The notes: generated from the sequence alone by a model not told the origin. 32,000 nucleotides of DNA from Alteromonadaceae bacterium (GCA_965277695.1 CBDIDQ010000114.1:4914-36913), one strand, 5' to 3'; positions 1-10,062 are shown, numbered from the stretch's first letter. Numbers and translations: made by a program.

Positions 1-1248
1 ACTAGCATCCAGTGGGATCCAACTGTCTCCTTCGACGTGTTTGGCCCCACGGCTAGGGAAATAATCTACCCAAGCTTCTGCCCAAACGGTTTCGAGACGA
101 ATATGAGTGATTTTGCCACCGTTAACTAGCGCGACATTGGGTATACCCCCTTGACCTAACAATTGTTGCGCCGCTTCTGGCACATCAACACCACCAACCC
201 AATTCATCACTTTGTCTACGGGGATTTCAACGGTGCCATAAGCATAACGGGCAGGCACATTGGCTGAGCGCAATAGCGCAATGACTAAACTGGCGGTATC
301 AAACGCATTACCCTTACCATGTTGCAAGGTATAATCAGCACCTTGAATCGAACCATAACTGGGAATAAACTCGATGTTATTGCGTACCCAGTTATAGATT
401 TTTAATGGGTCATTATTCAACGCCACAGCTTTGGCTTTGATCGCATCGCTAAATTGAATATCCGGGGTTTCACTCAAATCAGCCGCAACAGGGGTCTCAG
501 CCAGCAGTGTGGTAGTGATATTTTTTGCCGATGGCTTAATCCCGGTCAGCTTGGTGAGTTTTTCAGCAGTGGCTGCGGGTTTACGGGTTTTGGTCGCATC
601 GGGTGTGCCCCAAGGTAGGTTATTGGGATCGGTGGTTTGGTGGGTTTTTTTCAGCTTGTGCCGACTCATGGTGTCGTTGAGCACATTCATGGTGATTTGT
701 TGCTCGTCAAGACTGGTTGCAGTTAATACCGCTTGAATTTTGCTGTGCATATCATCAAAAGACGTTTGGTATTGAGCCACGGTATCTTGATGGCGTTGCA
801 GCATAATAGCGGGCACCGCTTTGGCAATAAGTGTCGCTTCGAGTTGGGCAAAATTGTCCAAAGCTTGCTCATGCTGCGCTGTCAGCAAATCACTCAGCTG
901 CTGCAATTCGTCGATATCTTGTGGGCTAAGCTGGTTGATATCAAAGAAATCGGCCAGTTTGTCTACCATGGTTTCAAACACGTTAGTGCTGGCGGCATCA
1001 TTTATGCGCTGATCAATCTCGGCTTTTTTACTGGCAGCCAGTTGTTTGACCTTAAGTAAGCCCTGATTCATTTGTTGCTCAGCTGTACCGGTGAGCACAA
1101 TCGATTCAGGGTTGTGGTTTATCTGTTGTGAAACCGCCATCGCAAAAGGCGAAAAGTAGAACACAAAAGTAAAGAAAAATAACGACATAGCCGTGCCAAT
1201 GCGGGCGATGACGGGGTGACGTAAAGTATCTAAATTAAGTGCTTGCAT
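1..1248 (-). CDS. Transglutaminase-like domain protein, 5' part only (gene runs off the left edge of the window)
   Basis: Absent from the ORF track because no stop lies in the window. Reading the reverse strand from ATG at 1248 stays open for 416 codons to position 1. An AGGAAA Shine-Dalgarno sits just upstream, and the ATG lies 1 nt after the stop of the upstream gene. The product begins MQALNLDTLRHPVIARIGTAMSLFFFTFVFYFSPFAMA (hydrophobic N-terminus). It contains GKGNAFDTASLVIALLRSANVPARYAYG ... TVWAEAWVDYF ... WIPLDAS, which matches the spacing of the transglutaminase-like core. Confidence 0.8.
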   Translation of the reverse strand, partial: MQALNLDTLRHPVIARIGTAMSLFFFTFVFYFSPFAMAVSQQINHNPESIVLTGTAEQQMNQGLLKVKQLAASKKAEIDQRINDAASTNVFETMVDKLADFFDINQLSPQDIDELQQLSDLLTAQHEQALDNFAQLEATLIAKAVPAIMLQRHQDTVAQYQTSFDDMHSKIQAVLTATSLDEQQITMNVLNDTMSRHKLKKTHQTTDPNNLPWGTPDATKTRKPAATAEKLTKLTGIKPSAKNITTTLLAETPVAADLSETPDIQFSDAIKAKAVALNNDPLKIYNWVRNNIEFIPSYGSIQGADYTLQHGKGNAFDTASLVIALLRSANVPARYAYGTVEIPVDKVMNWVGGVDVPEAAQQLLGQGGIPNVALVNGGKITHIRLETVWAEAWVDYFPSRGAKHVEGDSWIPLDAS

Positions 1249-1249
1249 G

Positions 1250-4200
1250 TTATTTTCCTGCCTTATACTGTTGCTGTTGCAGCACAAAGAGCCACTCACC
1301 AATGATTAACCGCGCTTTAGTTGCGGACGCTGATTGTTCTTTGCCAATTTCATCGGCAGCTTGTAGCAAAGGGTGAAATGCTTTGTCAATTTTGCCTTTG
1401 GCGAGATCCGACTGGGCGGCATTGATTCGCTTGATAATAAAATCGTATTTGGCAACCCCTGAGCCTTGTAGTCGTAATTCATCTATTTGGTTGAGTGCTC
1501 GCTGATAGGGTGATAATGACGAAATGGCAGCGAGTTTAAGGGCGATATTTTGGTTGTCGACGATCAAACTACGATTGATACCGGCATCAATATCCACCTC
1601 CAAATAAATGTCACCGGAAACTTGCTCAGGTAATTGAATATAAAATTGGTTGCTTGCACTTTGCCCAGCAGCCGAGAAATCTCTTTGCCATAACCATTTA
1701 CCTTCAGTCAACTGTAACGCTTGTTGGCTGTCGATAATCACGCCGCCTTGAGGCAGGCTTAACCACACATCAACCGCCGCTTTACGACTGAGGTTTTCTA
1801 ACGTTAAGCTCACTGGGATCACCCGTCCTGCGCCTGTCGGCCAAACCTCTGGCTGAATATAAAGCAAAGCTTGCAACAGTAGCTGTTGATGCAAACCCTG
1901 ATCAGCAGTGGCCAAATCCAGCAGGTCATAAGCAAAATAACTATTTTTGCCGTTGCCGTAATTACCAACTGTTACAGCCGCTGGTGCTGATGGATAGGCG
2001 CAATCGCTATTGGCATTTTTACCACCAGCAAACGTTGCCCAAACCTCAGCCTGACAATGGGCTAAAACTAATCCTTCGGGTACCCGTGCAGTTGTCGTCA
2101 GCGGACTTTCAATCGCACCTGCGACCAAGTTAATGCTGGCTGTTTGGTTATTTTTGCCATTTAAACTAATAGCCAAAGCCCGCTCAAGCTGGCTATTGCG
2201 GCGGTTCCAACTGCCACTAATCAACAAACCGACACCGCTGTGTTGTGCTTCAACCAGCAAACCTTCGACTTCGGGGTGTAGGGTGACTTTATCTGAAAAC
2301 AGCGCAATCGCGGCATAGATGCCCGAGTAAAATTCGCTAACAAAATCAGCCTGATTATCAACTAAGGTATAACGCCACTGGTTGGCCAATAACAGTTGTT
2401 CTAAGTACTGACGTTGCTGTTCAGCTGACTGGCTATCTTGTGTTGCGCTGCTATCGAGCAGTATCAGCAATTTACCTTGTGCTGCTGGTGTTAGTGATAC
2501 ATTCAACTCAGGTGGCGTGACCTCGAATCCGGCGGCGGCTAGTTGTGACAGTTCGCCATCAATTTCTGCCATTAAAATACAAGCGTATCCGCCATAAGCT
2601 GGTGCATCACCTAGCAGCAGTTGGTATGGGTGAGCGGCTGAATTGCTAATGGCAACGTTGGTTTGTTTTATTTCGTAAACCAACTCACTAGTATCCAAGT
2701 TGACCAATTGATAAACCAAGTTGGCGGTTATTGGGCTGGTGGCACTACGGTTGTTGGTTTCAAAAGCACAACTTTGCGCTTCTCCAGTGGGATATTTATT
2801 GACGCTGACAGCACCAAGCAAAGCGGTTACGGCTGAACGTTCAACAGCAAATACCGCGCTACTCGTCGCCAGTGTGGTGTCATTTTGCCTGACTGTCCAT
2901 TGAACCTGATAGTTGCCCGGCTCACGATCAACCAGCGCTAACACATACTGTCGATCAGCATTGGCGCTAGGAGCCAAGCTGTTTAAGCTATAGGTTTGTT
3001 GTGACAATAGTTCGCCATTAGGTCGAGTTATGCGCAACTGGCCTTGTCCACCACTAAAGGTCGCGTTTTGGGTCAGGTTAAGCACTCGCAAACCAATAAT
3101 CGCCTGATCCCATGCTTGATAAATTGGCTTATCGCTATTGACTAAGCTGCCGACGTTAACAAATTGACCGTTGTCTGTAGCAATGGCAAAAGACGCCATG
3201 GCTTGTTGTACGACGTCACCGTTTTCAACTAATTTGGCCACTGCTTCATACGCCCCAGCATAAACACCTGTGGTATCAAACAAGGTATCGGGTAATGGAC
3301 GCTGGCCTTTTGCGGTAATATCGGCTTCAGTAAAACTGCCGAGACTGGTGACCAGATTTTGTTGATTATCGACGATCTCTAGGACCACGGTTGCGGTTGC
3401 CGGAATATCACTGAGATTTTGTAGTAAGCTTGCTACGGTAACCACTTCACCGGGCAAATACAGGGTTTTATCAGTACTAATACTGACACGAGTTAAGCTT
3501 GATGCGACTTTAACGATTTGTTTATCAAGTAATTCATAAACAGGCTGGCCGTCAATATCGGTGTAAAACAATTCGAGTTTTTCAGTGACAACACGCTGTT
3601 CGGCGGGTTGTAAATTAAACAATTGCAACTGGGTATTGAGGTTTTCAATCTGGCCGACGTTAAAGGTTTCAAAGTGCCAACTGACTAAGGTGTGTCCTTG
3701 TTCAACTGTAATTTGCGACGGGGCAATGGAATATGAACTGGCATCAATTTGAATATCCGTAGTGTTAATGGTGCTGACCACACGCACATCTGAAATCGCC
3801 GGTTTGATCACATCAATGGTCACGGCAACGGGCGTTGAAGCCCCGCCTCTGTTGTCATTGGCCAGAAAAGTCACTATGTGTTGCCCGATATCGTTGGTCG
3901 TTGGGGTCCACAGTAATTTCGCCACACCAGTTACGCCACCGGATACCGTTTGTTCAAAAGTCGCCCCCTGCGGTAAACCGACATGATTTAAGAACACCTC
4001 ATCATTGGCGTCCGAGTCAGTCGCTTGAACAGTAATATCAAGGGCTTGGCCAACAATCGCTCGCAGTATTGTGCCACTTTGTGGTGTTGGTGGGGTATCA
4101 AATTGTGGTGGTGCGTTGGCACCTTGGTCTTGCAAGTTAATGATAAAATCTATGGCTGTATTGCTTTTAATTAGGTTATCTGCGTCTCGGTCTTCGATGA

Positions 4201-4939
4201 TGACTTGAACACTGTATAAGCCATTGCTAAACGAGCTGCTGCCATCCCAAGTGAAAATCCCGGTATCGCTATCAACAACCATGCCCGAGGGTATAGAAGA
4301 GATGGCTGATTCGCCACGCGTTGCCATGCGCCAAACTAATTTATCACCATTTGGATCCACAGCCGGAATAAGAAAACGACAATCAAACTTGGAGCAGGTC
4401 ACAATCGGTGGCAGGTTGCTAAAAGGAGACGAATTGCCATCGGCCAAGTTGACCTGGGTGATCACACGCCAGTTGGCATTAGCGGCATTTCTCAATGAAC
4501 CTATTTTGCAACAACTTTCAAAAGCCGCTCGCCACGGGCTACCATTATTATTGACGGATGGATAAACATGGCGAACAATGCCGTTTTGTTGGCCTGCTTC
4601 AATGGCACGTCCGACAATCCAGTCTTCTTGTAGATTGCGGGCGATCACTTCAAAACGATAACTGGCTGCACCGCCATCACCAAAAGTGAACCTCCCGGGA
4701 CTAAAGGTTTGGCCAATTGCAGGATGGCCAAAAGCACTGCTTCTGAAAGCCACTGTCATGCTAAAATCAGCGGTTTGCGGTGAAATATCCGGTCGGGCTT
4801 GCCAAGTGAAATGACCAAAGCGAAAGTGGCTGGCTTCAACTGTCAGCGTGAATAGCAGGCCAATCAGCAGTAAAAAGCAACGGCTAAGGTTGTTGTTACC
4901 ATGGTCTTTAAAAAAGTTGTGAGTCATCTTATTCACCAT
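1250..4939 (-). CDS. Very large secreted protein with cadherin-like/putative Ig domains, function unknown
   Basis: 1229-aa ORF with a signal-like N-terminus (CFLLLIGLLFTLTVEA). Two cadherin-like/Ig-like segments are visible: DPNGDKLVWRM..SIPSGMVVDSDTGIFTWDG..YSVQVIIEDRD and TDSDANDEVFLNHVGLPQGATFEQ..LLWTPTTNDIGQHIVTFLANDNRGG. AGGAG precedes the ATG at 4939; an alternative ATG lies at 4927. The start overlaps the stop of the upstream gene (4929-4931), and the stop at 1250-1252 lies 1 nt from the next ATG. Confidence 0.85.
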   Translation of the reverse strand: MVNKMTHNFFKDHGNNNLSRCFLLLIGLLFTLTVEASHFRFGHFTWQARPDISPQTADFSMTVAFRSSAFGHPAIGQTFSPGRFTFGDGGAASYRFEVIARNLQEDWIVGRAIEAGQQNGIVRHVYPSVNNNGSPWRAAFESCCKIGSLRNAANANWRVITQVNLADGNSSPFSNLPPIVTCSKFDCRFLIPAVDPNGDKLVWRMATRGESAISSIPSGMVVDSDTGIFTWDGSSSFSNGLYSVQVIIEDRDADNLIKSNTAIDFIINLQDQGANAPPQFDTPPTPQSGTILRAIVGQALDITVQATDSDANDEVFLNHVGLPQGATFEQTVSGGVTGVAKLLWTPTTNDIGQHIVTFLANDNRGGASTPVAVTIDVIKPAISDVRVVSTINTTDIQIDASSYSIAPSQITVEQGHTLVSWHFETFNVGQIENLNTQLQLFNLQPAEQRVVTEKLELFYTDIDGQPVYELLDKQIVKVASSLTRVSISTDKTLYLPGEVVTVASLLQNLSDIPATATVVLEIVDNQQNLVTSLGSFTEADITAKGQRPLPDTLFDTTGVYAGAYEAVAKLVENGDVVQQAMASFAIATDNGQFVNVGSLVNSDKPIYQAWDQAIIGLRVLNLTQNATFSGGQGQLRITRPNGELLSQQTYSLNSLAPSANADRQYVLALVDREPGNYQVQWTVRQNDTTLATSSAVFAVERSAVTALLGAVSVNKYPTGEAQSCAFETNNRSATSPITANLVYQLVNLDTSELVYEIKQTNVAISNSAAHPYQLLLGDAPAYGGYACILMAEIDGELSQLAAAGFEVTPPELNVSLTPAAQGKLLILLDSSATQDSQSAEQQRQYLEQLLLANQWRYTLVDNQADFVSEFYSGIYAAIALFSDKVTLHPEVEGLLVEAQHSGVGLLISGSWNRRNSQLERALAISLNGKNNQTASINLVAGAIESPLTTTARVPEGLVLAHCQAEVWATFAGGKNANSDCAYPSAPAAVTVGNYGNGKNSYFAYDLLDLATADQGLHQQLLLQALLYIQPEVWPTGAGRVIPVSLTLENLSRKAAVDVWLSLPQGGVIIDSQQALQLTEGKWLWQRDFSAAGQSASNQFYIQLPEQVSGDIYLEVDIDAGINRSLIVDNQNIALKLAAISSLSPYQRALNQIDELRLQGSGVAKYDFIIKRINAAQSDLAKGKIDKAFHPLLQAADEIGKEQSASATKARLIIGEWLFVLQQQQYKAGK

Positions 4940-7730
4940 CTACTCCTGTTATTGTTATCTTGCTGTTGACTGGTATTCCTTCTAACGGCACCACTTCATT
5001 GGGGTCTAGAGATTGGGTTGCCTGTAAGCGGATAGACGGCGGCACGAATACCGCACCAGTGGTTAACTCGTTAACGGTAGCACCTGTAATATTGACAATT
5101 TCCAGTTGGTAATAACCGCTTGCGTTAAAGCTATAGGGAAATACCGATAGCGCCAGACTATGGTTGGTTTGCGCGGCTGTCAGTGCAAATTGCGTACTGC
5201 CCTGAGTTAATAGCTGATTGTCAGGGTCGAGCAAACGATAATCAAAGCTAATGTCGGCCGCACTATTGGAGCGATTAAACAGCTCGGCAGCAATCTCAAT
5301 ATCAGCACTATTGTTCAACAGCACATAACCTGGCGATGCTTTAACATCTAAAGTGATAGCGCGTGTAGGTTCAACAGTTACTACCGTACTGCGCTCTGAT
5401 ACTAGGTTACTGGTGATGCTATCGAGTGCCTGCACGGTGACGGTGTAAGTGTCTGGTTTGATTGATAAAGTGTTCCACCATTGTTCGAGCTGGATGGTGC
5501 GTTGTTCAGTTGGGGGAAATTCTTCAATGGTTTCAGCTAAGTGTTGTTGGTAATGTTGCAGCTCTTCAAGGTCGCTCATCGGATCTAGCGGTGGTAAGAA
5601 GGCTCCAGAGAAACTGGCGACCTCAATACCCGCTGTATTTTTCACCTTCACATATAAACGAGCGCCTTGTGTTAGTGCAGTATCGTTTTTCAAAGTCGCC
5701 GAAATGACCACTGCATCGTAGGCTCCGTAAGCTGTCTTATCGGTGGTGACAGCGGTAATACTAACACTACCTAAATCTGCCTGACGGATATTTATATCGA
5801 GACCTAAACTGCTATGTTCTGCGAGGGAAACTTGTTTATTGGTAAATAAATAACCCGGCGCATTGACCGCAACAATGAACTCTAACAGTGGAATATCGCT
5901 AATTCGGTAAAAACCATTGGTATCTGTGGTGGTGCTTAAACTGCCAACAACCACTGATGCCGCTGCCACGGGATTGCCTGATACCATGTCGATAATCTGG
6001 CCTGACACGCTGGTAGAGGGGAGAGTTTGCGGTTTACGTAAGGTAATACTGCCGATATTGGCATGGGTTTTTTCAGGAATAACCACACCCAAAGTCACCG
6101 ATTCATAATCTGTTTTACTGATCTGCAGGTTGATTTCATCTGGATTTAAGCTGGTGAATTCAAACATTCCGTCAGTATCTGTTGTTGTGGTTGCACCGCC
6201 TGCAATCAAAATGGTTGCCGCTGGTACGGGCTGGTTTTGCTCATCAATGACTCTACCGAATAGTGCCGAAGTGACAGGTTGGGGTTCAGAGGATAACAAC
6301 AATGAAGGTGAAAATTGCACTTGCATACCGGCAACCAAATCCGCAGCCACAGATACCAGATGATATGAGGCAGCACTGACTTGAATTTGGGCTTGTCCGG
6401 CTTCTGCTAACAGTTGATAAGCGCCATTGATGTCGGTGACGGTGTTACTGGTTTGGCTGCCAACAACGGCACTAACGTTTGCGCCAGCGATTGGGTCGCC
6501 GCTGGTGGCATCGGTGACAACACCATTAATTAATGTGGCTGTTGGTGCAATAGAGAGTCTGACAGTGCCGACGTTAACGAACTGTCCTTTTTGCAGGGTA
6601 ATGTTTTGTGAAGCGCCCAAATAGCCGGGCGCTGAATAGGCAAATACATAGGAATCAGCATCCATGTTAGAGACAGTAAACCGACCGTCTGATTGAATAT
6701 CGACAGTCTCTGTTGAGATATCAAGGGCGTCAATAACCAGTGCGGTTATCGGTGCGCCATTTGCTGCATCGACTACGCGACCTGCGACAACGGCTTTTTG
6801 TGGGTCATCGGGTACGTCTATTGAGGTCAATAGTTTTAATGTCGCGGCGGCTAAAGCGGTGGTGTAAACCTGTTGGTCCCAGTCGCCATCAATTGATTGT
6901 TGGCTTTTTAACGCATCCAAAGCGGATTGATAACGGCTAACGTCTGTGGTTAGCGGAATTAATGCTTGTAGCACCAGTGCGGTTTCCCACGCACTGCCCC
7001 AGCCACCAGCGGTATTTTCTGCGGCGTAGAGAAAGTCAATGGCGCGGTTCATCATGGCTGAAATATTGTAAGTGTAGAGATAACTTCTCATCGCCTGTAG
7101 CACCATGGCGGTGGCGATCACTGATTTTTGTTCGCCGTAGAGACTAAAAGCCCCATCAGTCAACTGGCTGGATGACAAAAACGCTAATGCATTGCCTGCA
7201 ATTAGGGTATCGGCGTTGACTTGTTGTAACGCCAGCAAGGCCAAACTGGTATCCAATGCGGTGCCGTCATATCCGGCGAAAGCGCCAAAACCGCCTTGGT
7301 TGTTTTGCCGAGTCAGTAACTCAGCTTGTTGTGCGTTTAATGGCTGTGCATTTTGGTGCAGCGCAATAAGCAACTGAGCCAAGCGCTCTGTCGGTAATGT
7401 TTGTGACGTGTTTTGTGGTGTGTTTTGTGGAGAGTTTTGTAGTGATGATAAAGCCGCAGAGCGATTGGCGATGGTAGAATCCAACAGCACAAACATTGTC
7501 AACGCCTGAGCCGTCGCCTGAAAATCGCTGGCAATATCGGCGGCATTAGTGACTGTACCGTCAGCGTTTTGGGCCAGCTCTAACCAATGTAAAGCGGCGT
7601 TAAGACTGGCATCTTGCCCAGAAATCTGATGGTTATTACCATTATGCGCAGATGCCGGGTGGGCAATCATGACCAGCGCAAACATCAGCATATATGCAGG
7701 GGATAAAATAAATTTGAGGTTCTTCACCAT
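4929..7730 (-). CDS. Secreted protein: N-terminal prenyltransferase/terpene-cyclase-like alpha/alpha-toroid repeats followed by four CarboxypepD_reg-like beta domains
   Basis: Long ORF. I prefer ATG at 7730 (MVKNLKFILSPAYMLMFALVMIAHPASA signal peptide, GGAG 7 nt upstream) over the track start at 7748. Five QxxDG-type repeats are present: QNADGTV, NNQGGFGAF, QLTDGAFSL, ENTAGGWGS, QSIDGDWD. Four repeats of the GRVVDAANGAPI / GVVTDATSGDPIAGANV / GRVIDEQNQPVPAATI / GQIIDMVSGNPVAAASV type follow, each ending in a TDxxGxF/Y motif. Confidence 0.85.
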   Translation of the reverse strand: MVKNLKFILSPAYMLMFALVMIAHPASAHNGNNHQISGQDASLNAALHWLELAQNADGTVTNAADIASDFQATAQALTMFVLLDSTIANRSAALSSLQNSPQNTPQNTSQTLPTERLAQLLIALHQNAQPLNAQQAELLTRQNNQGGFGAFAGYDGTALDTSLALLALQQVNADTLIAGNALAFLSSSQLTDGAFSLYGEQKSVIATAMVLQAMRSYLYTYNISAMMNRAIDFLYAAENTAGGWGSAWETALVLQALIPLTTDVSRYQSALDALKSQQSIDGDWDQQVYTTALAAATLKLLTSIDVPDDPQKAVVAGRVVDAANGAPITALVIDALDISTETVDIQSDGRFTVSNMDADSYVFAYSAPGYLGASQNITLQKGQFVNVGTVRLSIAPTATLINGVVTDATSGDPIAGANVSAVVGSQTSNTVTDINGAYQLLAEAGQAQIQVSAASYHLVSVAADLVAGMQVQFSPSLLLSSEPQPVTSALFGRVIDEQNQPVPAATILIAGGATTTTDTDGMFEFTSLNPDEINLQISKTDYESVTLGVVIPEKTHANIGSITLRKPQTLPSTSVSGQIIDMVSGNPVAAASVVVGSLSTTTDTNGFYRISDIPLLEFIVAVNAPGYLFTNKQVSLAEHSSLGLDINIRQADLGSVSITAVTTDKTAYGAYDAVVISATLKNDTALTQGARLYVKVKNTAGIEVASFSGAFLPPLDPMSDLEELQHYQQHLAETIEEFPPTEQRTIQLEQWWNTLSIKPDTYTVTVQALDSITSNLVSERSTVVTVEPTRAITLDVKASPGYVLLNNSADIEIAAELFNRSNSAADISFDYRLLDPDNQLLTQGSTQFALTAAQTNHSLALSVFPYSFNASGYYQLEIVNITGATVNELTTGAVFVPPSIRLQATQSLDPNEVVPLEGIPVNSKITITGVDGE

Positions 7731-8506
7731 GGAAACTCCAGTACCCATAAAAGTATTGATATTATTGTGAGGGCAGATCCTACACTGGGGTGTTATCCAT
7801 GTAAATGTTTGCTTACGAATTCATTCATACTTTTTACATATAAGTCATATTATTAACATTACCACTGATACCAGCCAAACTGTCGAATGGGCAATCAGAG
7901 CGACCAGTAAACCCCCGCTAACCCGATGTTTTCTCAATGATGTCAATAGCGCTTTACGCCAATTATATCAATCAGATAGGTTTCACCAAGACCATATTCG
8001 ACACCTTGATAACAGTGAGATTGCACAATTTAATCGCCACTATCGGAAGGTGTTTAAATAAAGCATATCGTCATGAATACACTTCAAACATTTATTGTTG
8101 TCTGGTATTAATTTTTTATGACGATTAGAGATAGTGTTAAAATTATAATGCTTGTTTCTGATTTAACGTATCTTAAACCTATAATCACCGTTCCTATTTA
8201 TTTTATTTACATATCAGTAACTTATGTATAAGTTGTGACCATTTTATTTTTGCCCCGAATTATCTATCACATTCAATCTGCCTTTGCCTGACATTGCCCT
8301 TTATATTTGATTTATAACAAGTTTATGACAGGTAGCATGAAAAAAAAGCGATTAAATTGCCTGTTTGTACTTGTTTCAATGGGTTTTGTCGTATAGAGTT
8401 TATTTCGACTTTTTGGTTAAAAAGTAATAATTATTTTATTGCCGCTGAGAGTCAAACGCACTATGTATCACTTATCAAAATTAAATAGGTTAAAGGAAAT
8501 TTTATA

Positions 8507-9940
8507 ATGAGAAAAATAATTAAAAAGCGTTATTTGCTTTTTTTTGCAGGCTTGTACACGGCAACAATGGTGACAGCAGCACCAAATATAGCGCCTCCGG
8601 AGGTATATGAACAAAATATTGAGTTGCTGGCAGAAGATATGCTCGAATTAAAAGGGTCATCAGAGTCGTTGTTTCAGATTCATTCGCCACAACCGGTGTT
8701 AAATAACCTGCTCGATATATCTTCAACTAATGTCGTTGAATTTAACGGTAAAGGTGCGCTGGAAAAATTTACCCCTGAGTTACAAGCACGGGCTAGTACA
8801 CAAGAGCATTTTATTTCGGTAGAAGACTACTTAAGTGAAGCAAAAGTGCCGACGCTTGCGAGTATGCCGACTACGTTTTCTGACGGTAATGATACGCCCA
8901 ATGAAGCACAGTTAGTGTCACTAGACAGTGGTCTAGCCAACTATTTAACTAAAGAAAATGATCAGGATTGGTATTTTGTTCAGGCTCCGGCAGCAGGGAA
9001 AATGACCTTTTATTTGCAGGTTCCCGGTAGTGCCGATTTAAATTATAACCTGAATGTCTTTCGATTGGATAATGGCGCGTTGGTTGAACAACAGTTTTCG
9101 TCATATCCGGAGCAATTGGGTGAGCAAATTGCAGTAGAAGCGACGGGCACAGACTACTACTTTTTTGTTGTTAGTACGGTAAAAGGATTTAGTACGACTG
9201 ATCCTTACGCCTTTATTGTTACTCATAATACTGATTATGACACTACTGAGCCGGATGATAATATTTGGCAAGCAGCTAGTGAAACAGGCACTCGGATTAT
9301 TAACAAAAATCTCGATAATACCTTTGATGCTGATGTTTATCGGGTGAGCTTTTCCCAAACCACCACTTTTGGTATTTATTTTAAGCCACATGCTGACTTG
9401 CCTTCACAGGTCGATGTACTCAATAGTGCGGGTATTCCTGTGGCGATAGTTACTGACCGCAATATGTTTAGTTTTCCAGCGGGTACTTATTATCTGCGGG
9501 TTAAACAAACGGTTGATGCGGCTTTAACTCCGGCGCAAAGAACCTATAAGTTACATACCTATTTACCTGCGAGCTTAAAGCCGATCACCAATTATTCATT
9601 AGCCAATGAACAATTTAGTGGCCTGTATAAAGTAGAACAGCACTGCATCCGTTTATCGGCATATGTTTATGACGTTAATAATACCCCGGTGCCTTATGCC
9701 AATATTCCGTATCAAGTTTATCTTAGAGGCTGGGATGGCGGTTGGTCTGGAAGATTGCTTAAAGGTACGGTAACCGCTGATGAAAACGGTCGGTTGTCTA
9801 AATCAATAAGACTTAGCTGGACAATGTCACTGGACTACGACATCGATAATTTCTTCTTGTTGGATCCGTCTTATGCCACAGAAGTGCCTTTGTTAGCCAC
9901 TCCATTTATCCATTACTGGACTGGTACTTACGGTTGTTAA
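8507..9940 (+). CDS. Secreted protein with two pre-peptidase C-terminal (PPC)-like domains
   Basis: 477-aa ORF preceded by AAAGGAAA. Signal peptide MRKIIKKRYLLFFAGLYTATMVTAAP. Two segments carry the PPC signature: NDTPNEAQ..ENDQDWYFVQAPAAGKMTFYLQVPGSADLNYNLNVFRLDN and EPDDNIWQAA..DADVYRVSF..GTYYLRVKQ. Confidence 0.8.
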   Translation: MRKIIKKRYLLFFAGLYTATMVTAAPNIAPPEVYEQNIELLAEDMLELKGSSESLFQIHSPQPVLNNLLDISSTNVVEFNGKGALEKFTPELQARASTQEHFISVEDYLSEAKVPTLASMPTTFSDGNDTPNEAQLVSLDSGLANYLTKENDQDWYFVQAPAAGKMTFYLQVPGSADLNYNLNVFRLDNGALVEQQFSSYPEQLGEQIAVEATGTDYYFFVVSTVKGFSTTDPYAFIVTHNTDYDTTEPDDNIWQAASETGTRIINKNLDNTFDADVYRVSFSQTTTFGIYFKPHADLPSQVDVLNSAGIPVAIVTDRNMFSFPAGTYYLRVKQTVDAALTPAQRTYKLHTYLPASLKPITNYSLANEQFSGLYKVEQHCIRLSAYVYDVNNTPVPYANIPYQVYLRGWDGGWSGRLLKGTVTADENGRLSKSIRLSWTMSLDYDIDNFFLLDPSYATEVPLLATPFIHYWTGTYGC

Positions 9941-9996
9941 GTTGCTAATTATTCAGGGTAATTGATGACTTCTTTTAGTCTCAAATAATCGATTTG

Positions 9997-10028
9997 AAGG
10001 AGAAGATGCAAAGGTGCATCGACTCCTT
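9997..10028. terminator. Hairpin between convergent genes (possible bidirectional terminator)
   Basis: AAGGAG-AAGATGCA-aagg-TGCATCGA-CTCCTT. The outer AAGGAG/CTCCTT and inner GATGCA/TGCATC arms pair. It lies between the stop of 8507-9940 (+) and the stop of 10063-10275 (-). The flanking T-tracts are only moderate. Confidence 0.4.
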
Positions 10029-10062
10029 TATTACTCTTCCAATACTTTTAATAGAGGAGTTG

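Noticed and set aside
509-1059. Plus-strand ORFs 509-736, 733-1059 and 821-1012 from the ORF track
   Set aside because: They lie antisense to a continuous 416-codon minus-strand reading frame with a clear transglutaminase-like motif. Their products are low-complexity Val/Leu/Ser-rich strings, and I saw no ribosome-binding sites.
2133-7377. Many 60-113-aa ORFs nested inside the two giant minus-strand genes (for example 2133-2318, 3762-3986, 4224-4565, 5462-5707, 6130-6363, 6530-6733, 6740-6940)
   Set aside because: All are embedded in or antisense to long ORFs that have domain signatures. Their composition is typical of shadow frames, and there is no independent support.
7937-8128. 63-aa ORF in the AT-rich region upstream of 8507
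   Set aside because: It lies in an AT-rich intergenic or promoter region, has no Shine-Dalgarno, and its product is not protein-like (Ile/Tyr/Asn-rich).
8337-8396. 19-codon ORF (MKKKRLNCLFVLVSMGFVV) that I read upstream of the 8507 gene, resembling a signal peptide or leader peptide
   Set aside because: It is too short to support and contains an A-run that could equally be non-coding. It may be a remnant N-terminus or chance. It is worth a look only if ribosome profiling data exist.
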